A stretch of DNA of 32,000 bases. Origin: Candidatus Saccharimonadota bacterium. GTDB taxonomy: Bacteria > Patescibacteriota > Gracilibacteria > UBA4473. Made by a program: the position numbers and the translations under genes. A model generated the notes under the pieces. It worked only from the letters and a program-made list of their open reading frames with translations, was not told the origin of the DNA and searched no databases. Numbering within the stretch: position 1 is the stretch's first letter; every line of letters starts with the position of its first letter. Positions 8,764 through 16,839 of this stretch are shown here, in pieces. The stretch covers positions 870,001-902,000 of the forward strand of contig OZ245819.1 of the NCBI GenBank assembly GCA_965228485.1, given 5' to 3'.

Positions 8764-8792
8764 TTGACTTGCTAAATTCCCATTTTTAAGAA
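8764..8792 (+). promoter_or_regulatory. candidate promoter for uvrB
   Basis: TTGACT (8764-8769), 17 nt spacer, TAAGAA (8787-8792), 20 nt upstream of the uvrB ATG. The -10 element is weak. Sequence-only prediction. Confidence 0.3.
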
Positions 8793-8812
8793 CAATCTAC
8801 GCTACTCTTTTT

Positions 8813-10777
8813 ATGACTAAAAAATTATTCACACTGGCTTCGAAATTTAAACCAACAGGAGATCAGCCTCAGGCAATTGATCACTTGGTAAAAGGTCTTG
8901 GGAATGGATTAAGACATCAGACGCTTCTTGGGGCAACTGGGACGGGAAAGACCTTTACGATGGCAAATATCATAAATGAAGTACAGAGGCCGACTTTGAT
9001 TTTAGCTCATAATAAAACTTTAGCGGCTCAACTTTGTGCCGAGTTTCAGCAGTTTTTTCCAGATAATGCGGTTAGTTATTTCGTATCTTATTACGACTAT
9101 TACCAGCCAGAGGCTTATATGGCCAAAACAGATACTTTTATTGAAAAAGAAGCTACCATTAATGAAGAAATTGCTAAGTTTCGTCATGCAGCAACCGTTA
9201 ATTTACTAACTCGTCGAGACGTTATTATTGTTAGCTCGGTTTCCTGTATTTATGGTTTGGGAGATGTTGAAACCTATGAGAAACTTGCGATCAAATTGGA
9301 AACTGGGAAAACCTATCCACGAAACGAATTTTTAAGAAAGCTCGTTGATATTCAATATCAGCGAGTAAAGACCGATTTTAGTCGAGGGACATTTGAGGTA
9401 TTGGGAGACATAATTACGATTTTTCCTCCGAGTTCGGATACAGCTTATCAGTTAGAGTTTTGGGGAGATGATTTAGAGCAGATTACAGAGGTGGACGGGT
9501 TTACAGGAGCAACTCTTCAGACAATGGATGAATGTGTTTTGTTTCCCGCAAAACATCAAGTAACGACGAGCGATGTTATCGAGAGAGTTACAAAAGAAAT
9601 CCATGAAGATTTAATTATTCGGGAAAAAGAACTTCGAGATTCAGGAAATGCTCTAGCGGCTCATCGTCTCAATCAAAGAACGAAGTATGATATTGAGATG
9701 CTTCGAGAGATGGGGTATGTGAATGGGATTGAGAATTACACTCGTTATCTATCGGGAGCCAAACCTGGAGAACCACCGGCAACTTTATTGAATTATTATC
9801 CAGAAGATTTTGTTTGTTTTGTGGATGAGTCCCACATTTCAATCCCTCAAATTGGAGGGATGTATAATGGGAACTTGAGTCGAAAAGAGAGTTTGATTCA
9901 GCACGGATTTCGACTTCCTTCAGCATTAGATAATCGACCTCTAACTTTTGAAGAGTTTGAGGGACGTATTCAGCAAGCTATTTATGTTTCGGCTACCCCT
10001 GGAAAATATGAGTATGAGAACTGTGATAAAAAGGATATTGTTGAACAGATTATTCGTCCAACGGGATTGGTTGATCCAGGGATTACTATTTTACCAACAA
10101 AAAATCAGATTGATAGTGTATTGGAAGAAGTTAGAGGAACTATCAAAAAAGGGGCCAGAGTCTTGATTACAACGGTGACCAAAAAATCGGCTGAAGACTT
10201 GGCTGAATATTTGTTAGAACAAGGAATTAAGGCTAAATACCTTCATTCAGAAATTGAAACTATTGAACGAATTGAAATTTTAACTGAGCTTCGAAAGGGG
10301 CAGATAGAGGTGGTTGTTGGGATTAACCTTTTAAGAGAAGGTCTTGATCTGCCAGAGGTAGAATTGATCTGTATTATGGATGCCGATAAACAAGGGTTTT
10401 TGCGTTCGAGAGATTCTCTACTTCAGATCATTGGTCGAGCTGCACGAAATTCTGAAGGACGTGTATTAATGTATGCCGATAAAGAAACACCTGCAATGGA
10501 GGCGGCAATTGGAGAAACCAGCCGTCGTCGAGAAATTCAGATGGTTTACAATAAGAAGCACGGGATTACGCCAAAAACAGTTAAAAAGGATATTGTGGAT
10601 ATTTCAAAAGATCTTGGAGGAAAAACTCGAGACTTTAAAAAGGTTAGTAAAAAAGACGATATCAAGAAACTGCTCAAGGAGCTTAATGATGAGATGGCGC
10701 TATCGGTGCAAAATCTCGATTTTGAACGAGCGGCGGCGCTTCGAGATGAAATTATTGAGTTAGAGCGGAAAGTTTAA
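8813..10777 (+). CDS. uvrB: excinuclease ABC subunit B
   Basis: Walker A GATGTGKT, helicase motifs (DESH, TATP-like SATPG, QIIGRAARN) and beta-hairpin region YYDYYQPEAY. C-terminal UVR domain LDFERAAALRDEIIELE. 654 aa, a typical length. Confidence 0.95.
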   Translation: MTKKLFTLASKFKPTGDQPQAIDHLVKGLGNGLRHQTLLGATGTGKTFTMANIINEVQRPTLILAHNKTLAAQLCAEFQQFFPDNAVSYFVSYYDYYQPEAYMAKTDTFIEKEATINEEIAKFRHAATVNLLTRRDVIIVSSVSCIYGLGDVETYEKLAIKLETGKTYPRNEFLRKLVDIQYQRVKTDFSRGTFEVLGDIITIFPPSSDTAYQLEFWGDDLEQITEVDGFTGATLQTMDECVLFPAKHQVTTSDVIERVTKEIHEDLIIREKELRDSGNALAAHRLNQRTKYDIEMLREMGYVNGIENYTRYLSGAKPGEPPATLLNYYPEDFVCFVDESHISIPQIGGMYNGNLSRKESLIQHGFRLPSALDNRPLTFEEFEGRIQQAIYVSATPGKYEYENCDKKDIVEQIIRPTGLVDPGITILPTKNQIDSVLEEVRGTIKKGARVLITTVTKKSAEDLAEYLLEQGIKAKYLHSEIETIERIEILTELRKGQIEVVVGINLLREGLDLPEVELICIMDADKQGFLRSRDSLLQIIGRAARNSEGRVLMYADKETPAMEAAIGETSRRREIQMVYNKKHGITPKTVKKDIVDISKDLGGKTRDFKKVSKKDDIKKLLKELNDEMALSVQNLDFERAAALRDEIIELERKV

Positions 10778-11676
10778 AATTTATCTAAAACTTTAGAAAG
10801 GTCTACATGGGAAACTTCTTCTGTAAGAGGGGCGTCGGTTTGAACTCGGTGTTCAACAGTCTCAAGGAAGCTTTCTTTTTTCGGATTTAGGTAGACTTGT
10901 CCTAGGTATAGAGGATTTTTTATTTCACAGATGTCTCGAGCCTGACGGATATCAGTTGGGTCATAGTCAGGATAGTCATCCTCGATTGGTCGAATATGTT
11001 CTAAATACCATTCGTGAGTGATGAATTTATTGTATGTTGGGCAGGCTTGTAAGATGTTGATAAAGGCAAATCCATTGTGGTTTAATCCCGCTTGAATGGT
11101 TTCAGTCATATGATCAATGTCTGCACTACAGGTCTGAGCTACGAAAGAAGGTCTAAAACCAAGAACTACTTCAATTGGATTTAGAGAGTCTACAGGAGCG
11201 CCTTCTGGAGCCGCGTTCATTTTACAACCTTTTGGAGTCAGGGCAGAAGCTTGTCCTGTGGTTAGTGCGTAGTTTTGATTGTCGTGGTGTAGAAAGACTA
11301 CGGGGTAATCATTTCTGATCGCATGAGCTAGATGACAAATTCCTTCAGAAAAAGTCGCTCCGTCTCCCGCTTCGGCAACAACATGAAGTTTGTGATTGGC
11401 GATTTTGACTCCTGCTGCCAATGGTAAAACTCTTCCATGAAGGCCGTGAATAGTATATCCTTCAATCTTATCTGAACCGTTACCAGAACACCCCACATCA
11501 TAACAAAACACAACGTCACGTTTTGTAATATGTTCGAGGGTAAGGGCTCGTTTTAGAGCGTTTTGAATTGGGTAGTTCCCACAACCTCCACACCACCAGT
11601 TGATGATATCATCTCGTGTGGTATAAGACTCGTATAGGTCTTGACGTTCGATCAGGGTTTTTAGGTGTTTTGTCAT
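10774..11676 (-). CDS. 2-oxoacid:acceptor (ferredoxin/flavodoxin) oxidoreductase, beta (TPP-binding) subunit
   Basis: WCGGCGNYPI motif near the N-terminus. TPP-binding GDG...(N) motif (AEAGDGATFSEG ... HHDNQNYALTTGQ). 300 aa, typical of KorB/OorB/PorB-type subunits. Substrate specificity cannot be read from the sequence. Confidence 0.88.
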   Translation of the reverse strand: MTKHLKTLIERQDLYESYTTRDDIINWWCGGCGNYPIQNALKRALTLEHITKRDVVFCYDVGCSGNGSDKIEGYTIHGLHGRVLPLAAGVKIANHKLHVVAEAGDGATFSEGICHLAHAIRNDYPVVFLHHDNQNYALTTGQASALTPKGCKMNAAPEGAPVDSLNPIEVVLGFRPSFVAQTCSADIDHMTETIQAGLNHNGFAFINILQACPTYNKFITHEWYLEHIRPIEDDYPDYDPTDIRQARDICEIKNPLYLGQVYLNPKKESFLETVEHRVQTDAPLTEEVSHVDLSKVLDKF

Positions 11677-11692
11677 GATATAAGTATCGTTT

Positions 11693-12214
11693 TTAGCTAA
11701 TGGTTATTTTCTCTACGTTTTTGGTGTTTGTGTCTAGTACCATAAATGAAGGAGTATTGGTCTTGCTTCCGTGGACTTCTCCCGGGTTAAGATAGAGACA
11801 GTTCTTGATAGTAGAATGGTTATAGGTGTGGTTGTGACCGTAGATAACAACATCAAACAATCCTGAGTGGGCGGCTATTTCAGCAATTCTTGGATAATGA
11901 TTCATAAAAAAATTTAAGCCATTAATTTCTTCTTCCCAAAGAGCTCCACGGTTAATTTGATGTTTGTCTCGTTTTGGTATTTCTAAATTTTGGATGTTTT
12001 CTGCATTGAGTACTAGCCCCGCGATTTCTCCTTCGTTGTTTCCAAAAACAAGTTTCACTTTTCCCTTAAATTTGCTTAGAATTTCTAGTCCTGTAGGGGC
12101 TATCAAATCTCCTGAAAAAAGGAGATATTTACAGCTTTTGGTATTGGCAATATCAACAGCTTTTGTGAGATTTTCCCAATGATCGTGACTGTCTGACATA
12201 ATGGCTATTTTCAT
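11693..12214 (-). CDS. YfcE/MJ0936-family metallophosphoesterase
   Basis: Calcineurin-like motifs in order: MKIAIMSDSHDH (DxH), FSGDL (GD), FGNNEGE (GNxE), YGHNH (GHxH), LNPGEV. I place the start at the internal ATG (12214-12212) giving MKIAIMSD. This ATG forms an ATGA overlap with the stop of the upstream alpha-subunit gene. The ORF-track start at 12289 would overlap that gene by 79 nt. Confidence 0.8.
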   Translation of the reverse strand: MKIAIMSDSHDHWENLTKAVDIANTKSCKYLLFSGDLIAPTGLEILSKFKGKVKLVFGNNEGEIAGLVLNAENIQNLEIPKRDKHQINRGALWEEEINGLNFFMNHYPRIAEIAAHSGLFDVVIYGHNHTYNHSTIKNCLYLNPGEVHGSKTNTPSFMVLDTNTKNVEKITIS

Positions 12215-13998
12215 TTGGTTTCTGTTTTTTCCAGATTTTCTGAAATATATTCTTCTAAGTCTTCCAAGAAGAAAGGTCTTCCATTCCATTTCAAAAGACG
12301 GTCTTTGAAATGGAGATCGGTTTCTTGTTCAATTAAGTTTCCAAGCTGTCCAAGATAATTTCCTTCAATCAGGTGAACATTTGGATTGTTAGAGAAAAAT
12401 TGTTCTAGTTTTTCAGTTTTTAGTGGCCAAAGATAGCTGTAGTGTAAGTAGTTTACTTTAATACCCTTTGCGGCTTGTTCAGCAATAACGTCTTCCATCG
12501 TTGAACGGGTGCTTCCCCATCCAACAAAAGAAATATCAGCGTTTTTAGTCTCTCCAAAAATTTCTGGTTCAGGAGTATTTTCTTTAATAAGTTCGAGTTT
12601 TCTCACTCGTTTAGCATACATCTCTCCAGCGGCTTTAGATTCATCGAGTGAACCATCTTCTTTGTGCTCGTCTCCATTGGCGAAATAATAAGCATCACTT
12701 GATCCAGGAATCCATCTTTTAGAAAGCCCGGATTCTGTGATTTTAAACCGATCGGTATTTTCTAGGCTTTCTAAATCTTTTCCTTCTACAAGTCCTCGCT
12801 TGATTGGAATTTTGTTTTGTTCAAATTTTGGACAGGTGGCAAATGTTTCGGCAATAACCTTTTCTGATAGAACGAGTACTGGAATTTGATATTCTTCTGC
12901 AAAATTTAGTCCGTGTTGGATCAAATCAAAGGCATCTTCTGGATCAGAAACTCCAATTACCATTCGAGCAAATTCTCCATGTGAGGAGTAAAGTGCGAGA
13001 TTTAAATCTCCTTGAGCGGTCCAGGTCGGTAGTCCTGTCCCTGGGCCTGGCCTTTGTACAATAACACAGAGAAACGGGGTTTCGGTGATTCCTGCTAAAC
13101 TAACGGTCTCAGTCATGAGGTCATACCCTCCTCCAGAGGTTGCACAGAAGCTTCTAGTTCCTGCGTACATTGATCCGAGGGTGAGATTGGCTACGGTGAT
13201 TTCATCTTCTCCTTGTTTCACTACGTATCCAAAATCTTTAGCGTGATTTGCCATATGAGTTAAAATAGAACTTGCAGGACTCATTGGGTAGGCATAGTAA
13301 ACTCTCACGCCTCCATGGATTGCCCCTAAAGCTAGAGCGTGGTTTCCATCAATAAACAGGGTATTAGCATTGTTGTCTGCTGGCGGGACTTCTACGGGCT
13401 GAGTTGTTTCGGCTTTTTCGTAGGCCAGATTTACGCATTTAATATTCGGTGGAATAACTTTTGGTTTGTGGGCAAACTGATTTTTGATGTAGTTTTCGAG
13501 TGTTTCTATCGGTAATCCAAGGGCTTTCCAGGCCATCCCCGCTAGAGCCATATTTTGCATTCGATGATTTCCTCCCGCTTCTTCGGCTAAGGCTCGAGTG
13601 TTTTGATGGATAATTGTAATATTTCTTTCTTCAGCTTCTTTGATGATATTTCGGATTCCAGCAATTCGTTCGTAACCGTGAATAAGGGTTCCCCCATCTT
13701 TGAGAGTTTCAAAGTAGGTCATTAGACATGGCTTATCGAGGGCAATCATAATATCTGGAACATCCGATAAAGCTTTGATTTTACTACGACTCGCATTGAT
13801 CGTAAAACAAGAGGTTCCTCCTTTGATGAGAGATGGATATTCACGGTCTGCTACGACATAAAATCCAAGTGATTCAAGAGATCGAGCGATAACTGATCCA
13901 GTAGAGAGCAATCCTCCATATCCTGAGTGTCCAACGATGCGAATTCGAATTCTGTTCATGAGTTTTTTTAGAGTGTTTTTATAAGTAAATCGGTCCAA
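12211..13998 (-). CDS. 2-oxoacid:acceptor oxidoreductase, fused gamma-alpha subunit
   Basis: The N-terminal part (IRIVGHSGYGGLLSTGSVIARSLESLGFYVVADREYPSLIKGGTS) resembles the gamma domain. It is followed by an alpha/pyrimidine-binding domain (IDGNHALALGAIHGGVRVYYAYPMSPAS, GGGYDLMTE, QRPGPGTGLPT). No delta/ferredoxin domain is present. The start may instead be M14 (ATG at 13959), which would avoid the 31-nt overlap with the upstream flavodoxin gene. Confidence 0.88.
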   Translation of the reverse strand: MDRFTYKNTLKKLMNRIRIRIVGHSGYGGLLSTGSVIARSLESLGFYVVADREYPSLIKGGTSCFTINASRSKIKALSDVPDIMIALDKPCLMTYFETLKDGGTLIHGYERIAGIRNIIKEAEERNITIIHQNTRALAEEAGGNHRMQNMALAGMAWKALGLPIETLENYIKNQFAHKPKVIPPNIKCVNLAYEKAETTQPVEVPPADNNANTLFIDGNHALALGAIHGGVRVYYAYPMSPASSILTHMANHAKDFGYVVKQGEDEITVANLTLGSMYAGTRSFCATSGGGYDLMTETVSLAGITETPFLCVIVQRPGPGTGLPTWTAQGDLNLALYSSHGEFARMVIGVSDPEDAFDLIQHGLNFAEEYQIPVLVLSEKVIAETFATCPKFEQNKIPIKRGLVEGKDLESLENTDRFKITESGLSKRWIPGSSDAYYFANGDEHKEDGSLDESKAAGEMYAKRVRKLELIKENTPEPEIFGETKNADISFVGWGSTRSTMEDVIAEQAAKGIKVNYLHYSYLWPLKTEKLEQFFSNNPNVHLIEGNYLGQLGNLIEQETDLHFKDRLLKWNGRPFFLEDLEEYISENLEKTETK

Positions 13999-14417
13999 TT
14001 CTTGGCTAAGGTTTCTAGTTGTGGGAGCGGCGCCTTGTCTATTTTAAGGCTTTCACAGAGGAGTGTTCCATTATGATTTTTGACGTAGTCTTCTAGCACT
14101 CGAGCTGATTCGACATTGTAGTCGGTATCATATTTTGAGTCGCCGAGTCCAATTACGGCACATTTTTGTCCTTTTAGATCAATGTTTTGAACTCTTGGCC
14201 AAAAGTGATATTTGAAGTGGTCTTCCAGTTCTCCGTGTTCATAGGTAGAACAGGCAAAGATAAGGAGATCGTGGTTTATTAGTTTATCTTCTGGAAAGTG
14301 CTCTCCTCGGTCGATTTTAACATTGTGCCCAGCGGCTGCGAGCTGTTTCCCCACATAATCACAAACCATTTCGGTGTTTCCACTATTTGAGCCAAAAACA
14401 ATTTGAATATCTGCCAT
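13968..14417 (-). CDS. flavodoxin (paralog 1)
   Basis: MADIQIVFGSNSGNTEMV carries the FMN phosphate-binding loop (S/T-x-S/T-G-x-T). The CSTYEHGEL and VIGLGDSKYD segments are typical of flavodoxins. I prefer the ATG at 14417; the ORF-track start at 14438 is a TTG seven codons upstream. Confidence 0.82.
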   Translation of the reverse strand: MADIQIVFGSNSGNTEMVCDYVGKQLAAAGHNVKIDRGEHFPEDKLINHDLLIFACSTYEHGELEDHFKYHFWPRVQNIDLKGQKCAVIGLGDSKYDTDYNVESARVLEDYVKNHNGTLLCESLKIDKAPLPQLETLAKNWTDLLIKTL

Positions 14418-14456
14418 GCGGTTTATATTCTCGCTCAAATTAGCTTTATCTTCAAA

Positions 14457-14915
14457 TTAAGTGCTTAGTTTTTGGTGTAACCTCTCACACCATTTTTTTA
14501 CGATTGTTTCTAATGCTGGGATAGGTTTTCCGCTGACCATTAAGTTTTGGAAATAAACTTCTCCATTATGGTCTTCGACATATTTTTGAAGAATTCGAGC
14601 TGATTCCATATGGTATTCAATGTCGTACTTGATATCTCCAAGTCCAATAACGATGCATTTTTGTTGTTTGAGATCTAGCCCTTGTATTCTGGGCCAAAAA
14701 TTTTTTAAAAAACTTGGTTCGAGTTCTCCATGTTCATAAGTCGGACAGGCGAGCATCAAGATATCGTGTTTTCCAACAAGGTTGTCTTCAGGAAAATGCT
14801 CACAACGGTCATTGTTTACGTTGTGCCCCATTGATTCGAGCGTTTCTTTAACATAGTGGCAAACAATGGTTGTGTTCCCTCCATTGGAACCATAAACAAT
14901 TTGAATATTGGCCAT
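14457..14915 (-). CDS. flavodoxin (paralog 2)
   Basis: From the internal ATG at 14915: MANIQIVYGSNGGNTTIV..CPTYEHGEL..VIGLGDIKYD. It is roughly half identical to, and colinear with, paralog 1. The 37-codon N-terminal extension in the ORF track (to 15026) has no counterpart in paralog 1 and is probably untranslated. Confidence 0.8.
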   Translation of the reverse strand: MANIQIVYGSNGGNTTIVCHYVKETLESMGHNVNNDRCEHFPEDNLVGKHDILMLACPTYEHGELEPSFLKNFWPRIQGLDLKQQKCIVIGLGDIKYDIEYHMESARILQKYVEDHNGEVYFQNLMVSGKPIPALETIVKKWCERLHQKLST

Positions 14916-15129
14916 TGTCCTGCATTGTGATGAATTTTTGTCACTTTGGAACTGTATTAACGTATTTTCGGTATGCCGTAATTTTTTAGTGTTATTATGC
15001 AATATTTCACCAAACTGAGTAATCACTCATTTTTGCTGGACATTTTTGTTTATCGGCATAACTTCCTGTTGTTTTATTGATTTTAATGTGGTAAAATAAC
15101 CCGATATTTTAGTTTTTATCAAGACTCAT

Positions 15130-16839
15130 ATGAAAGACTTTATAAAAGTGCACAAGCGACAATTTATTTTCGGATCTATTTTCATAATTTTGTTTGCGAT
15201 TTTTAAGGTTAATAAACATCGTAATAAATCTGAAGATAAAGTTAAAGAAGAAGTTTCGGTGGAAACAGAGATTAAGGAGAGAAAGGCTTCAGTTATAAGC
15301 TTTGGAGAGTGGAGTCCTGATGCTTTTCGTGAAATCCTTGGAACCGTTCAATCTGATAATGAGGTTGATGTTAAGGCTGAGGTGAGTGGGAAAATTAAAA
15401 ATGTTTATGCGAATGTTGGAGACTCGGTTCGGTCAGGGCAAGCTCTAGCGCAATATGATTTAGCGGGAGATCCAACAGCTATTAACTATCAAGGTGCCCT
15501 TAATAGTCTTCAAAGTGCGAGACTTTCAGCAGCAAATAGTATTAAGGCTTCTGAAACGGCTTTGGATAATGCCAAAAGAGACCTAGAGAAAACTCGAATT
15601 CAACAAGCTCAAAATAACAATCAATCTTATGTGGGTTTGGGAACAACAGCTAAAAATGCTGAAACAATTTTTGATGGAGCTTTGGATTTTCTTGATCGAA
15701 TGCTTGGGGCAACTTTGGAGTATAGAAGCCAAGTAGTTTTTGGGAGAAACCAGGTTGGAGCGACGAATACGATCTTAAAAAATAAAACTCGAACAGAAGT
15801 AGAAGGACTTATTCGGGAACTCAGTACTTTGAAATTGCAAACAGCACCATCAGACAAATTTGGTCTTGAAATATTTACTCGAAAAAGACTCGCTTTTTCA
15901 GAAAAAATTAAAAGTGCTTTAGCAAATTATGATCAACTAATTATTAATACGGTTATTTCTGAAACCTTTTCAGAAACTGATAGACAGTCTATCCAGCAAC
16001 AGCTGGACGCTTTTAAGCCTCAAATAGATGCACAGATATCAGCACTAAATTCTTCTCTAGAAGGAACAAAAACCACTAATGTAGGAACAGATGTTGCTAT
16101 TTTGGCCGCTGAAAATAGGGTGAAAAGTGCTGAGGACCAGTTAGAGCTAGCCAAGTCTCAAGCAGAGGCTCAAATAGTCGCGGCTCAAAACCAAGTAAAC
16201 CTTGCAGCTGCTAGTCAATCAGATTTAACTATTCGAGCTTCAATTTCAGGAAAACTTGCTTCCAGAACGGTTAAGAATGGAGATTTAGTTAGTCCTGGGA
16301 CCGTATTGTTTACGATTGTAAATGAGCAAGGAAGCAAAAAAGTTGTTGCTTATCTGACACAGGATGAATGGTTAAAAGCTCAACTGGTTGATGAAATTAA
16401 GATTGAAGTTGGAGGGAGTGAATTCTTTACAAAAGATAAATTCTTAAGCCCGAAACTTGATGCTCAAACACAAAAAGTATTGGCGGAATTCATGCTTCCT
16501 TCAGAAGCTTCTTTGGTTGGAAATTTGGCAAAAGTATTTATTCCTCTTGGAGTAGCTAATAATGGGCAAAAATTACTTATTCCATTTTCCGCTATTTCCT
16601 TTGAACCAGATGGAGCAGAGGTATTGGTTTTAAATGGTGAGAATATCGCACAGAGGAAAAAAGTTGTTGTTGGGAAAGTGGTAGTAAGCAATGTAGAAAT
16701 TGTTTCGGGGTTGGAAGTTGGTGACAAGATCGTTGAATTTTATAAGCGAATACTTCCAGGAGAGAAAGTTATCACTGATGAGGTTGTCGCCTCAGAAGAA
16801 GAAACTGTAACTGAAATAGCGAGCAACAATGTCGAATAA
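15130..16839 (+). CDS. efflux transporter periplasmic adaptor (membrane fusion protein, HlyD/RND-MFP family)
   Basis: N-terminal TM anchor (FIFGSIFIILFAIF). Lipoyl-like hairpin halves (VDVKAEVSGKIKNVYANVGDSVRSGQALAQYD ... IRASISGKLASRTVKNGDLVSPGTVLFTIV) flank a long Q/A-rich coiled coil. Overlaps the RND gene by 11 nt. Confidence 0.8.
   Translation: MKDFIKVHKRQFIFGSIFIILFAIFKVNKHRNKSEDKVKEEVSVETEIKERKASVISFGEWSPDAFREILGTVQSDNEVDVKAEVSGKIKNVYANVGDSVRSGQALAQYDLAGDPTAINYQGALNSLQSARLSAANSIKASETALDNAKRDLEKTRIQQAQNNNQSYVGLGTTAKNAETIFDGALDFLDRMLGATLEYRSQVVFGRNQVGATNTILKNKTRTEVEGLIRELSTLKLQTAPSDKFGLEIFTRKRLAFSEKIKSALANYDQLIINTVISETFSETDRQSIQQQLDAFKPQIDAQISALNSSLEGTKTTNVGTDVAILAAENRVKSAEDQLELAKSQAEAQIVAAQNQVNLAAASQSDLTIRASISGKLASRTVKNGDLVSPGTVLFTIVNEQGSKKVVAYLTQDEWLKAQLVDEIKIEVGGSEFFTKDKFLSPKLDAQTQKVLAEFMLPSEASLVGNLAKVFIPLGVANNGQKLLIPFSAISFEPDGAEVLVLNGENIAQRKKVVVGKVVVSNVEIVSGLEVGDKIVEFYKRILPGEKVITDEVVASEEETVTEIASNNVE

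Noticed and set aside
12215-12289. 25-codon N-terminal extension of the metallophosphoesterase ORF.
   Set aside because: It would overlap the alpha-subunit gene by 79 nt. The internal ATG gives the canonical MKIAIMSDSHDH start of this family and a classic ATGA coupling overlap.
14916-15129. The long (214 nt) non-coding stretch between flavodoxin-2 and the efflux adaptor gene. I examined it as a possible riboswitch or small RNA, and considered the 37-codon upstream extension of the flavodoxin ORF (to 15026).
   Set aside because: I could not recognise any known riboswitch core (e.g. FMN or TPP) or a convincing stem-loop series by eye. The ORF extension has no counterpart in the paralog. It is most simply a divergent promoter region. 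A covariance-model scan (Rfam/Infernal) would be the decisive test.
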